A stretch of 62,433 bases of DNA from a virus (Duplodnaviria; Caudoviricetes). Each line of letters opens with the position of its first letter. Position 1 is the stretch's first letter. The stretch is from positions 1-62,433 of IMG/VR virus record IMGVR_UViG_3300044513_004371; one strand, given 5' to 3'. This document shows, one piece after another, positions 1 through 9,298 of the stretch. The notes beneath the pieces are model-generated. The model worked only from the letters and a program-made list of their open reading frames with translations. It made no database searches and was not told the DNA's origin. The translations under genes were made by a program, and so were the position numbers.

Positions 1-755
1 TGCTGGATCGCGAGAATCGCAGTCCCATTCTTTTCGGCCGCATCGATCATGATGTTGGTCAGCCAAGACTCAGCGAACGTAGACTTCCATCCCATGACTT
101 CTTTTAATTTCACTAGGATGTCTTGATGAGAATCGATGAGTACAATATCATAATCACTGTTGAGTGTCTTCATGATGACCTGGTCCAACTGACCGGATTT
201 CACGTAGTCCATCAAGAGAAGTGTTGGCACCTTGGCGATGGACGGGGTCTTACGGTAATAGAATAGGATATCATTCCGGGTCATCTCACTCGAGATGTAG
301 AGTACCTTAGCCGCAGGGTTTTGCTCTTGAATTGCAGCTAGAGTATCCAATAGAATCGTAGACTTGCCGACTCCGGATTCACCGATCACAATGTTAACCG
401 TGCCTCCATATAGACCTCCACCTTCTTCGTGGTCTGAGAATAGATCGTCGATCTTCTTGCCGGTTCGATGTAGGGAGAACTCTGGAAATTCCATGTCCTC
501 AATTGCGATAATCTCTGGCTCTACCGGTTCTTGCGCTACGGAGTTATTAAAGTCTTTAGTAACTTGACTGTGTCCTTCTGCCACGATCTTTTTCATCGTA
601 CCATTGAGACAGCCATAGCTGATATCAGGATGGTCCAACTTGAATTTGTGGAAGAGGTCGATGACCTTAGCGTTCGTAGGAACCGCTCCATTGTGGTTGT
701 CGTTAAACCACTGCCTTACGGCTTGTTCTTTCTTTGTGCCCTTAAGCTCAATCAT
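1..755 (-). CDS. RadA/Sms-like RecA-superfamily ATPase (runs off window start)
   Basis: Own translation from ATG at 755: Walker A GESGVGKST, VLYISSE, Walker B DIVLIDS; open to position 1; absent from ORF track. Confidence 0.8.
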   Translation of the reverse strand, partial: MIELKGTKKEQAVRQWFNDNHNGAVPTNAKVIDLFHKFKLDHPDISYGCLNGTMKKIVAEGHSQVTKDFNNSVAQEPVEPEIIAIEDMEFPEFSLHRTGKKIDDLFSDHEEGGGLYGGTVNIVIGESGVGKSTILLDTLAAIQEQNPAAKVLYISSEMTRNDILFYYRKTPSIAKVPTLLLMDYVKSGQLDQVIMKTLNSDYDIVLIDSHQDILVKLKEVMGWKSTFAESWLTNIMIDAAEKNGTAILAIQ

Positions 756-825
756 ATTAATTTATTTTTATTGGTTACATAACAAATATACGAATAATTA
801 TTGGGAATAAAAAATTCCTGGTAAA

Positions 826-1266
826 TTATCCTAAACTTTTAAGTCGAGCAACTTCTTCCTCCGTCAAGGATTCCATGCCCGTTCTCGAGATCTTGTCCAG
901 TAGCTGGTCGAGTGTCAGCTGACACTGCTGCTTACCCTCTTTGAATAAGGTAATACCGTGCATCTGCTCAAAGGTTTCAATCATCTCTGCCACGTTAGGC
1001 AGAGTGAGATCCATCGCTACTGCTTCAGGCACGTCGGCTCTGAATACTATAACCGGCAGAAAGTCTTCGGTTTCCTCAGCCGCCGCTTGGTAGATATTAA
1101 TAATCTCTTCTGGAGATTTATCAGTCATGAGAAGGTTTAGGATACCCACAGGTGTGCCCGTTCCCATGATGTTAAGATCCTCTCTTAACTTTGTCACGGC
1201 AGCCATGTCGCCGATCGTAGGTTCCGATTTTCCGAATCGGATAATAAAGGTTGGTACTTCAAACAT
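826..1266 (-). CDS. Hypothetical protein with C-terminal DUF6576-like motif
   Basis: C-terminus LDQLLDKISRTGMESLTEEE resembles the tail of Bacteroidota rhomboid-family proteins; own promoter. Confidence 0.6.
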   Translation of the reverse strand: MFEVPTFIIRFGKSEPTIGDMAAVTKLREDLNIMGTGTPVGILNLLMTDKSPEEIINIYQAAAEETEDFLPVIVFRADVPEAVAMDLTLPNVAEMIETFEQMHGITLFKEGKQQCQLTLDQLLDKISRTGMESLTEEEVARLKSLG

Positions 1267-1453
1267 TGTCTATATTTTTAATTGGTTACATAGTAAATAT
1301 ACGAATAATGTTGGGAAAATAAAAATGTTGGGACACTTTTTTTCGACATTTGTTCGGAGCGAGTCGTACCACGAGGATCCACCTGCTTGCTCCGCTCCAG
1401 AGCGAGCCGGGTTTCGGGATCACCGTCAGCCGCTGGCTCCAGGCTCCGAGCAT

Positions 1454-1479
1454 AAAAAAACCCGGTAGCTAACCGGGTT
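1454..1479 (-). terminator. Rho-independent terminator
   Basis: AACCCGGT/ACCGGGTT stem followed by T-run on minus strand. Confidence 0.8.
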
Positions 1480-1539
1480 CTCTTAACATTCAGCCGTTAG
1501 GAGGAAGCATTACTACCGGCGTGATGTAAGACTCTATTA

Positions 1540-1917
1540 TTATTCTTCTACGGTCATTGCGTCGAGGAAAGTAATAGGAGTGCTGGGGAAGTTAAACGAG
1601 GATTTTACGAGCCACTGACCTTCTTGGGTATATAGGTATCTATACTCGATGAATACGTCGTCTTCATCAAAGAAATCCACCACAGATTCATTAAGATTAG
1701 GAGGACAGTCTTCATTTCTCCATGCTTTATAAGATAATTCGACCGTGCTTCGATCTCCTTCTTTAATATAGTCTAGTACTTCATCAGGATTGGTCCCATC
1801 AGGGAACATTTCTTGAAGAGCTTCTCCTACTCCTTCCAAGTATCCGTCATTGTGACAGTAAACTGAAAGTACTTTGTGTCCGTCGATTTCGACTCCAATT
1901 CTTGAACGTGTTGCCAT
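1540..1917 (-). CDS. Conserved phage hypothetical protein
   Basis: MATRSRIG...VYCHNDGY motif common in phage early proteins; own promoter. Confidence 0.75.
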   Translation of the reverse strand: MATRSRIGVEIDGHKVLSVYCHNDGYLEGVGEALQEMFPDGTNPDEVLDYIKEGDRSTVELSYKAWRNEDCPPNLNESVVDFFDEDDVFIEYRYLYTQEGQWLVKSSFNFPSTPITFLDAMTVEE

Positions 1918-1977
1918 ATTGTATAGATTTTTATTAGTTACAAAGTAAATATACGAAAAATTCTTGAAAAGAAAAAA

Positions 1978-2307
1978 TTAATTTTCAACTTTTTTCGCGA
2001 GCAATCTGGTATAGTACTCGACCATACCTTGCTCCTCCTTTAATTTACGCTGCATCCATTCAAGATGTTCCTTTGCCGCTTTACGTTTCTTTCGGGTCTC
2101 AGCTGCACTATTACCCTTTACTGAATGAATCATCGATCCTTGGACATTAATTGAAGAGGTAAGCTGACGCACGTTAGCACGACATTGAATAAGTTCTTCT
2201 TTCCATTCTTGCTTAAGGTATTCCTTACGCTCAAGCTCCATTTCTTGGCGAACTCTTTCTCTAGCTTCTTTTGCTCTATTCCAATTATGTACAAGTTGGT
2301 TTAACAT
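1978..2307 (-). CDS. Coiled-coil hypothetical protein (probably leaderless)
   Basis: ORF; ATG 3 nt after promoter box. Confidence 0.7.
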   Translation of the reverse strand: MLNQLVHNWNRAKEARERVRQEMELERKEYLKQEWKEELIQCRANVRQLTSSINVQGSMIHSVKGNSAAETRKKRKAAKEHLEWMQRKLKEEQGMVEYYTRLLAKKVEN

Positions 2308-2344
2308 ACGGTAAATATACGAATAATAGTTGGGAATAAAAAAT

Positions 2345-2521
2345 TTAGTTGAAACTTTTTATTTCATTCCACAGTTCCTCAAGCAGAACGATTTGAGCTC
2401 TAAGCTCCACAGCCTCGACGGAGTTCTCTGAATCAGGATCGCCAAGGCTAGTGTAGTCGTTAAGCTCAAATTCAAGTAGGTCTTTGCGCTCACGAATAAG
2501 GTTTAAGACCTGCTCGATCAT
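2345..2521 (-). CDS. Small acidic hypothetical protein (58 aa)
   Basis: Own translation MIEQVLNLIRERKDLLEF...; ATGA overlap with upstream gene stop. Confidence 0.6.
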   Translation of the reverse strand: MIEQVLNLIRERKDLLEFELNDYTSLGDPDSENSVEAVELRAQIVLLEELWNEIKSFN

Positions 2522-2805
2522 TTGAACTCGACTTGGGTTCCTTCACCCGGAGGAGTCCAGTCTCCAGTTACCTTTCTTGCTAGACCGATAAGGTCGCCCT
2601 CATCATCTAGAATAACTTGAACTTTACCGTCTTTGTAATAATCATTCCATTGACAGTCCCACTCTACAGGTTTACCGTTCTTAAAATTCTTAGGGATTTC
2701 AGCCGGGAGGTCACAGACATAATCGTATACCTCAGTTTCTCCTCGGTTATCACAGGAACTAAACGCTAGTACAAGTGATAATATTAAAATGTTAATTGCC
2801 TTCAT
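2518..2805 (-). CDS. Putative lipoprotein
   Basis: Signal peptide with lipobox-like LAFSSC. Confidence 0.65.
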   Translation of the reverse strand: MKAINILILSLVLAFSSCDNRGETEVYDYVCDLPAEIPKNFKNGKPVEWDCQWNDYYKDGKVQVILDDEGDLIGLARKVTGDWTPPGEGTQVEFK

Positions 2806-2855
2806 AAATCTAATATACTAATTATTTTTGACATCTGAAAATTTTTAGGGATAAA

Positions 2856-3128
2856 TTATACTCTTTTTACATGAGCAATTGTAATCGAGGCTTCCGGATC
2901 TAGATCGTCCTGGATTTGAACTGCGCCTGTCTGTCTGATTCTTTCGATCGCAGTTCTGTATTTCAGACTTGGATTCCTGATTCCAGCTACGCTTAATCCC
3001 CTCTCATAGGCTTTTTTAAAAGTATTGGAAGCTACTAAGGTAGAGCGAAGCTCCTCGCCTATGCTCGAAGGCAGGCTCGTTCGGTGAGCGTCCCTACTTG
3101 CGATCATTATGTAGATCCAATTATCCAA
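2856..3128 (-). CDS. Hypothetical protein
   Basis: ORF overlapping neighbour in operon. Confidence 0.6.
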   Translation of the reverse strand: MDNWIYIMIASRDAHRTSLPSSIGEELRSTLVASNTFKKAYERGLSVAGIRNPSLKYRTAIERIRQTGAVQIQDDLDPEASITIAHVKRV

Positions 3129-3363
3129 TTCGGTCTATGATGTCTTTAATGAAACTACATTTCTCGAACTCCTCCTTCTCTACAAAATGTTCAATCATAG
3201 AATCAAGAGCCTGAATCTTAGACTCTCTAGGAGAAGGGTCTTCAACTGCCTCGTCCGGATAAGAAGATAAACTATTAAATACTACATTATAAAATATATC
3301 TACATCTTCCCTCTTTAAGGCTTCTAACTGGTTAAGTAATTTATCTGAATTTAAATATGTCAT
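3121..3363 (-). CDS. UvrB/UvrC (UVR)-motif protein
   Basis: FVEKEEFEKCSFIKD. Confidence 0.65.
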   Translation of the reverse strand: MTYLNSDKLLNQLEALKREDVDIFYNVVFNSLSSYPDEAVEDPSPRESKIQALDSMIEHFVEKEEFEKCSFIKDIIDRIG

Positions 3364-3817
3364 AATTCTCTTTACAATGATTAAAATACTCGTTCTTCAT
3401 GCTTTCCCACCGGTCTTCATACTGCCAGTTTCGAAGAACTTCACTGTTCATAATACTAAAGTAACCCACGTGCTTTAAATCAAATACAAAATGTCCAAGC
3501 TCGTGGTATACTGCGGCTCTGACTACATACTCTCCTCGGTCGATTAGCTGGTCAGATAAGACGATTGTATTATCCTTCTTGTTCGATACTCCAACGAACC
3601 CTGAACCTACCTCTCCAAACTTGAGACTACGGAGTCTACCTATCGGGTACCTAACATCGATACCTTCTCGATCCATGTCAGCCTGCCATTCGTCTAGGAA
3701 GGGCTGTAAGCGAGGATCAACGACTGGGCCTGGGCCTGGAGGTCTAGTCCATAGGTATATACTAAAGGCCGCAATTGAAATAAAGAAGAAGAGTGTACTA
3801 CGGAGTGACTTGCTCAT
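3341..3817 (-). CDS. Membrane-anchored zinc metallopeptidase (metzincin-like)
   Basis: N-terminal TM; HELGHFVFDLKH plus Met-turn-like SIMNS. Confidence 0.75.
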   Translation of the reverse strand: MSKSLRSTLFFFISIAAFSIYLWTRPPGPGPVVDPRLQPFLDEWQADMDREGIDVRYPIGRLRSLKFGEVGSGFVGVSNKKDNTIVLSDQLIDRGEYVVRAAVYHELGHFVFDLKHVGYFSIMNSEVLRNWQYEDRWESMKNEYFNHCKENYDIFKFR

Positions 3818-4139
3818 TGATACTATTATTAGTTTGTTCGATAATTTGCTGGCCTGAGTCGTCTCCGAATAGATCCATCATCATTCCTTCTAGAATGTAT
3901 AGACCTCTCTTAGCGCTCTCCACGAATCTAGGATCCATGTATTCTTCGTTAATTGCCTTTACTGCTCCGCATTTAATGATCTCTTCCATATCGTCCAGCA
4001 GATTAGCAAACACTGCGGTTGATTGATACAGATCTACTGCCTGTCTTGGTTTTAGACTCTCGATTCTTGGGTCTTGGAAAAAGTAATCCAAGTCGATTTT
4101 CATAATGTTCTCTCCGTCAAATACTACTACGTTCTTCAT
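3798..4139 (-). CDS. Hypothetical protein
   Basis: ORF in operon. Confidence 0.65.
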   Translation of the reverse strand: MKNVVVFDGENIMKIDLDYFFQDPRIESLKPRQAVDLYQSTAVFANLLDDMEEIIKCGAVKAINEEYMDPRFVESAKRGLYILEGMMMDLFGDDSGQQIIEQTNNSINEQVTP

Positions 4140-4144
4140 TTCTT

Positions 4145-4849
4145 TTATTGATTATAGATTTTCTTCAGTTTATTTAGCGCTCTCTTTTTGATATTACCTA
4201 CAGTAACATTAGTAACTCCAAGAATCTTGCCGATCTCGATCTGAGTTACACGCTCTCCGGTTTCTAGTCCAAAGAACAAGGTTATAACTTCGCGTTCACG
4301 ATCAGTTAGCATTCCCAGAGCCGATCCAATCGAAGCTACAAAGTCGTTAGTTTCTTCAGCTGGCTCCTTGAATGGATATCTATCTGAGCGGCGCTCTTGA
4401 TTATCATCGGAGACCACCTGGTCCAGACGAACTGGCGTCAGGTTCTCGACTTCTTTACCTTCTTTCTTTGCCAAGTATCTTTCATACTCTTGATTAACCG
4501 GGATTCTTACAATCCTTCCACACTGATCAATCAGCTCGTTCATAAGCTTAATGACTCGAGTTCTAGCAAAGCTAGTGAATCTTACTCCAGCATTTGGATC
4601 GAATCTAAGAGCAGCTTCGTATAGGCCAATATTACCCTGTTGGATAAGGTCATCAACTAGGATACCTCTTCCAATATTACGATTAGCCATCGTAACTACA
4701 ATCTTAAGATTATGCTTAACCAGAGTGTTGATCGCATCTCTGTTACCTTCCTTGATTTTAAGCGCAAGGTCACGCTCTTCTTCCCTGCTTAAGGGATTTA
4801 AATTTCTGATAGATTCAAAGTATCTATCTAAGCTTTCTGATTTACTCAT
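4145..4849 (-). CDS. Sigma-70 family RNA polymerase sigma factor
   Basis: Region 2 LVKHNLKIVV...DLIQQGNIGLYEAALRFDP, RIVRIP, region 4 HTH. Confidence 0.9.
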   Translation of the reverse strand: MSKSESLDRYFESIRNLNPLSREEERDLALKIKEGNRDAINTLVKHNLKIVVTMANRNIGRGILVDDLIQQGNIGLYEAALRFDPNAGVRFTSFARTRVIKLMNELIDQCGRIVRIPVNQEYERYLAKKEGKEVENLTPVRLDQVVSDDNQERRSDRYPFKEPAEETNDFVASIGSALGMLTDREREVITLFFGLETGERVTQIEIGKILGVTNVTVGNIKKRALNKLKKIYNQ

Positions 4850-5012
4850 CTTCGTCTTCTTTAATGGTTCTTATTTCGTCGTCTGTTATAGTAACTCTAA
4901 GTGAAGCTGATACACATCTCCAACATGTTACAGCTGTCGCTTCTGAACCACAGTTATGTACTTCATCGTCGCATACTCTACAGTTCAATGTTTTACCTTC
5001 TTTTTTTCTCAT
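4842..5012 (-). CDS. Small zinc-ribbon protein (56 aa)
   Basis: Own translation MRKKEGKTLNCRVC...TCWRC...; stop overlaps the sigma start. Confidence 0.65.
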   Translation of the reverse strand: MRKKEGKTLNCRVCDDEVHNCGSEATAVTCWRCVSASLRVTITDDEIRTIKEDEDE

Positions 5013-5233
5013 TCTTTAGAGATTATTTTTATATACATTTACATATAACTAGATGTATACTGTAAATATAAGAGATTTTTTTGAAAAGTAAAAATTTTAT
5101 TGAAAAAATTTCAAACTTTTTATTGAGCGAGGTTAGTAATATATCATGCGTCACTGGACTCGCTCAAATGATATCACATAAAAAAAGGAGCCGGAGCTCC
5201 TATTATATTATACCGTTATTGGTAATAAGGTTT

Positions 5234-5428
5234 CTATCTTATAGTATCCTTACCGGCTTCTTGCCAGCCGGATGAAAAGTCTTGCAGGATACTTCGAGCA
5301 GTTTGACCTGCCGCCTTTGGAATGTTAGTAGATTCTCCACGCTGTTTGTTAACTGCCATCTGGTAGAGAACGCTGATTACTACAATGTTTAGGAAGATGG
5401 CGAGCAATGTTCTTAAAATCTTTTTCAT
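5234..5428 (-). CDS. Small membrane protein
   Basis: N-terminal hydrophobic helix. Confidence 0.6.
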   Translation of the reverse strand: MKKILRTLLAIFLNIVVISVLYQMAVNKQRGESTNIPKAAGQTARSILQDFSSGWQEAGKDTIR

Positions 5429-5733
5429 TGGTTAAATTTTAAAGTAGTTAGAAGAGAGCATGTTTCATAATCTTCTATTTCCTCATAGTAAGATACGCAC
5501 ATACCTAAATTTTCCTTAATTGATTCTGGTGTTAATTCAAATATCAATTCATCGATCGCAAAGCAAGGAACCCTGCTTAGATTATTCTCTGACATTCTGA
5601 CCAAAGATGTTTTAATCGCAGAGTAAACGTCGTCGCGGTGTAAGAATCTCAAGTCGTCCGGATGGTCCACTTCGAAGAGAGGAATCTCCCATGATTTACC
5701 GCTGTCCGGATCTTTATGAGTTATGATAAGCAT
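5425..5733 (-). CDS. UVR-motif protein
   Basis: YYEEIEDYETCSLL. Confidence 0.6.
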   Translation of the reverse strand: MLIITHKDPDSGKSWEIPLFEVDHPDDLRFLHRDDVYSAIKTSLVRMSENNLSRVPCFAIDELIFELTPESIKENLGMCVSYYEEIEDYETCSLLTTLKFNQ

Positions 5734-6191
5734 TATTCAAATATTACTTTGGTCTTCTTATTACTTAGTACTATTTCTAATCCTGATGGAGCAAAGCCTC
5801 CGATTGGTGAACCACTGATATCTGCTTCGACGTTATCCCAGAAGTCCTCGTCTTTTTCGTTCCAGCTGAATTCGTACTCGTGCTCGTACTCTTCCCACTT
5901 CTCGTCGTCAAGAGGATCGGGAACAATTACGTTGAATGTAATTATACCACTTACTTCCAATATATTTATATAAGTATCTTTTATTCCCCACGATCTTTCT
6001 TCAAATTCAGCGGACCACTTAACTTTAATATTAACCGAAGATACATCGATCTCCAGGTCAAGGGCTCCTACTTCCTGTAAGAAACTATCAGCAGTATCTG
6101 GTACAGAGAATCCAATGGTCTCAGGATTCTTGTATCCATCTACATCTACACTTATGTAGCTATCTATCGTTGTTTCATATGGTCCTAGCAT
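5733..6191 (-). CDS. Acidic hypothetical protein
   Basis: ORF, D/E rich. Confidence 0.65.
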   Translation of the reverse strand: MLGPYETTIDSYISVDVDGYKNPETIGFSVPDTADSFLQEVGALDLEIDVSSVNIKVKWSAEFEERSWGIKDTYINILEVSGIITFNVIVPDPLDDEKWEEYEHEYEFSWNEKDEDFWDNVEADISGSPIGGFAPSGLEIVLSNKKTKVIFE

Positions 6192-6207
6192 TTAAATATT
6201 CTTTTTA

Positions 6208-6459
6208 TTATTTAATCTTCTTGGCTGAATTATAAAGTTTTACAGCCTGGTCGAGGTCTCCTTCCGCCAGCATGATAGCACCTAGCTCGACTGAGAAGTT
6301 CTCTTTAAAGAATTTTAAATTAGCAGGACTTTGTTTAACGATAGGTATACAATCGTTTAACGAAACCATACGTTCAGGTATAGCTAATCTTTTAAGCTTC
6401 TTACGTACTCGGTCCTTTGCGCCGAATCTCAATAACTGATTTATCTCTTCCACTCTCAT
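6208..6459 (-). CDS. Hypothetical protein (probably leaderless)
   Basis: ATG 3 nt after promoter box at 6463. Confidence 0.65.
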   Translation of the reverse strand: MRVEEINQLLRFGAKDRVRKKLKRLAIPERMVSLNDCIPIVKQSPANLKFFKENFSVELGAIMLAEGDLDQAVKLYNSAKKIK

Positions 6460-6495
6460 ATAGTAAATATACGAAAAATAATTGGGATAAAAAAA

Positions 6496-6744
6496 TTATT
6501 GACCCAGTTTATTAATTAATTCTTTACGTTCTTCGTCTGTCATACGAATCACATCAAAGAATCTCTGCTGAAGTTCATTTTCAGCCTCTGTCGTACAGTA
6601 GTGTACGTAATCGTCAAAGTCTAACCAATCTTCTTTTTCGTCCAAAAACTCTGGGTCAGTATCAGATAACTCTACCTTTTCGACGGCTACTCCCATAATC
6701 GGATGAGTTCCAAGTAGCCAAAACTTTACTATTCTCTTTTTCAT
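6496..6744 (-). CDS. Acidic hypothetical protein
   Basis: Start moved to MKKRIVK, downstream of promoter at 6761. Confidence 0.65.
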   Translation of the reverse strand: MKKRIVKFWLLGTHPIMGVAVEKVELSDTDPEFLDEKEDWLDFDDYVHYCTTEAENELQQRFFDVIRMTDEERKELINKLGQ

Positions 6745-6878
6745 GTTTAATATCTTTACTATAAATATAGGCAATATTCTTGAAAAGTAAAATTATCTGT
6801 GATAATAATCTGCATTATTTCCAGAGCGAGCATAGCACGCCTATGCACGCCTTAGGCTTCGCTCCAGGCATGGGGCAT

Positions 6879-6902
6879 AAAAAAACCCTACCGAAGTAGG
6901 GT
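6879..6902 (-). terminator. Rho-independent terminator after tRNA
   Basis: ACCCTAC-TTCG-GTAGGGT plus T-run. Confidence 0.85.
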
Positions 6903-6906
6903 CTTG

Positions 6907-6980
6907 TGATCCGGACAGGATTCGAACCTGTGACCGTCTGCTTAGAAGGCAGATGCTCTATCCAGCTGAGCTACCGGACC
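6907..6980 (-). tRNA. tRNA-Arg(TCT)
   Basis: GGTCCGGTAGCTCAGCTGGATAGAGCATCTGCCTTCTAAGCAGACGGTCACAGGTTCGAATCCTGTCCGGATCA; cloverleaf, CCA not encoded. Confidence 0.95.
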
Positions 6981-6986
6981 GGGTTC

Positions 6987-7178
6987 TTAGTTAACCTCCA
7001 TTACTTGCTCGTATAAAGAGGCGTAGGACTTAACTATTTCTGGATGGTTACGTTGCATTCGCTTACACCAGTCTTCTGCCCATCGCATTGCATTCGATAA
7101 TTGGTCTTGGGTCTTACAGCTACGCACCACTCGGTTCACGTATTTAAACTGTTCTAAAAGGGTATCTAGATTATTCAT
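6987..7178 (-). CDS. Hypothetical protein
   Basis: ORF in operon with tRNA. Confidence 0.65.
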   Translation of the reverse strand: MNNLDTLLEQFKYVNRVVRSCKTQDQLSNAMRWAEDWCKRMQRNHPEIVKSYASLYEQVMEVN

Positions 7179-7180
7179 GA

Positions 7181-7381
7181 TTATGATTTAAGTTTCTTAG
7201 AGAGGCTGGCATAATAATAATCGCCAGTATCTTGGTACAACTTCCAAAATTTATCCGCAAGCCCAGTTGAGTCTTCGGTCATTTCTGCCAGGGCTTCAGC
7301 CGATCTGTGCTTAGCTACTGACCATACTCGATAATCGTTCGAGTTAATCAGCTTCCAATGTTCTCTTTCAGTCATGCTCAT
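7181..7381 (-). CDS. Hypothetical protein (probably leaderless)
   Basis: ATG 3 nt after promoter box at 7385. Confidence 0.6.
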   Translation of the reverse strand: MSMTEREHWKLINSNDYRVWSVAKHRSAEALAEMTEDSTGLADKFWKLYQDTGDYYYASLSKKLKS

Positions 7382-7508
7382 ATTGTAAATATACGAATAA
7401 TTATTGAAATAAAAAAATTAAAATATATGTTTTTTCCAGAGTGGCCCTGTTGCGAGAGTTCCCGAGAGGCGCTCGCTCCCGGTGGGCACGGTGACGACTA
7501 CGGAGTCA

Positions 7509-8183
7509 TTACCAATCTGCATTCTCATCTTTATATTGAATCATTAGTTCATCAAACATATCGTTATATTCTTTGTAGAGGCGGGAGTATATCTCCTTGT
7601 TCTTATTAACAATCCAATTGTTGATCCAAGGTTCTAGATACTCGCTGAACTCGGAGATCTCCTTATCGTCCTCTTCGGTAAATGTAGCGTCTTCTAAGTC
7701 TCGGTCCTTAGGGTCTAAACATACTGAGTACTCTTCCAATTCAAAGTCAAGTAGGGTGGAGCGCTCGTGTACATGTCGACTGTCTCTCCTAAATACGCTT
7801 GCACTAAATAGGTCTACATTCATTTCTAAAACCGAGTGTATAGCAGGTCTAATTGCTCCAGTATCTTCAGCTGAGAATCCAAGTCCAAGTAGAGTATCTC
7901 CAGCGAACTTCATCTCCTCTTCCCAGTTAGTCAACTGATCGCTTTGATAATTCATCTCATCCCAGTGTTTCTTTAAGAAGAGCGAAACGTCCAGATTCTT
8001 AGAGGTAAAGCTGGCTCCATCCCCTTGATTGTGCCAGCCGGAGAATTCAATATCCGTCTGGGAAAAGCCGCTTTGTTCCAGTTCTTCCTCCAGCTCTTCA
8101 ATAGTAAATTGGAACCAGTCGTCGGTTATACTGCTCTCTACTATTTCGATCTGACGATATTCGCTTAGCTCATTGAACTTCAT
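7509..8183 (-). CDS. Conserved acidic phage protein
   Basis: IEFSGWHNQGDGASF motif; start moved to MKFNEL just after upstream stop. Confidence 0.7.
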   Translation of the reverse strand: MKFNELSEYRQIEIVESSITDDWFQFTIEELEEELEQSGFSQTDIEFSGWHNQGDGASFTSKNLDVSLFLKKHWDEMNYQSDQLTNWEEEMKFAGDTLLGLGFSAEDTGAIRPAIHSVLEMNVDLFSASVFRRDSRHVHERSTLLDFELEEYSVCLDPKDRDLEDATFTEEDDKEISEFSEYLEPWINNWIVNKNKEIYSRLYKEYNDMFDELMIQYKDENADW

Positions 8184-8184
8184 A

Positions 8185-8568
8185 TTACCACCAGCTATCA
8201 TAATATACAGTGTACCCTTCTTTGATCGACTTGATAGCTTCCTTACAGAACTGAAGGTCATCGTTCTCCTCGTCCTTATCACCCATTGACTGACCGAAAA
8301 AGAATCCTTCAGTGTGAGGTAATTCATCATCAATAATAACAGAAGCGATATAATTAATATCTTCTTCAGTCAATTGAACAGGGTCTCCATTGAAATACTC
8401 TCCATTGCCTCCCTTCTCTCGATACAGACCTTCCATCAGGCCGTGTAGATTAGGGTGCTTACGCCAGTAGTGGAGTTCTTCAACTTCTACGTCTTGAATT
8501 TCATCTTGGAAGTCAACTGACTTCGTTAACTTTGTTTTGGTGCGGAACGCAAATTGGTCTAATCCCAT
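8185..8568 (-). CDS. Conserved phage hypothetical protein
   Basis: MGLDQFAF...YWRKHPNLHG...GFFFG...YYDSWW family pattern. Confidence 0.75.
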   Translation of the reverse strand: MGLDQFAFRTKTKLTKSVDFQDEIQDVEVEELHYWRKHPNLHGLMEGLYREKGGNGEYFNGDPVQLTEEDINYIASVIIDDELPHTEGFFFGQSMGDKDEENDDLQFCKEAIKSIKEGYTVYYDSWW

Positions 8569-8623
8569 AATGTTTTTGTTTTAAGTATAAGTAAATATAC
8601 GAATAATATGCGATATAAAAAAA

Positions 8624-8842
8624 TTATTCGTCATAAAATTCTTCAATAACATCAGCGCCATATATTTCTCCTCTTGCTCCAAAACCAAACTCCACACCTG
8701 GCTCTGCCTTGACTAAAAATACCGCATGATAATAGTCATTATCAATGGATTCATCGAACGACTTCTTAGCGTCTTCAATGTTCGGGAAAATCTGATAAGA
8801 GTCCCCGTCGTAATTTAAGTTTATTAGTACATACATAATCAT
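8624..8842 (-). CDS. Acidic hypothetical protein
   Basis: ORF, ATGA overlap. Confidence 0.6.
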   Translation of the reverse strand: MIMYVLINLNYDGDSYQIFPNIEDAKKSFDESIDNDYYHAVFLVKAEPGVEFGFGARGEIYGADVIEEFYDE

Positions 8843-9135
8843 ACAAATGCGCGTGGGATTCCTAATTCATCAATTAAGCAGGTCCAGTCGAATTCTTCTA
8901 ATACTTCATCTAGACTAAGGTCATTTTCCTCTCCCCAATCTTTAACGTATTCGAATAGGTCATCATCTTCAAGATACTCCTCGACTTCCTGGTTGAAGTC
9001 AATAAATTCGTCTCGGTACTTATTACCGTAACGCATTAAACGATCTAGTGATTCTTCTAAATCACTCCTAATTTCAGACTCGATACCATCGGTAAAGTCC
9101 CTCAATAATTCTAATTCTTTTTCCGTGTATTTCAT
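8839..9135 (-). CDS. Highly acidic small protein
   Basis: About one third D/E; own promoter. Confidence 0.7.
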   Translation of the reverse strand: MKYTEKELELLRDFTDGIESEIRSDLEESLDRLMRYGNKYRDEFIDFNQEVEEYLEDDDLFEYVKDWGEENDLSLDEVLEEFDWTCLIDELGIPRAFV

Positions 9136-9269
9136 GTGTTTTGTTTTAAGTGTAAGTAAATATACGAATAATTTTTGAAATAAAAAAATCTTATCACAAA
9201 ATTTTATTATTTGTTCGGAGCGAGTGCAGCTCGACTTATTTAATTGTTTCGCGGCTCAGGACTTGGAAC

Positions 9270-9298
9270 AAAGAAAAGCCCCGCCGAAGCAGGGCTTT
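9270..9298 (-). terminator. Rho-independent terminator
   Basis: AAAGCCCTGC-TTCG-GCGGGGCTTT plus T-run. Confidence 0.8.

Noticed and set aside
6907-6980. tRNA as a prophage attachment site
   Set aside because: No integrase, no duplicated tRNA 3' end and no host genes in the window; it sits inside a phage operon
8185-8568. Phosphoglycerate kinase label often attached to this family
   Set aside because: 127 aa with no PGK motifs
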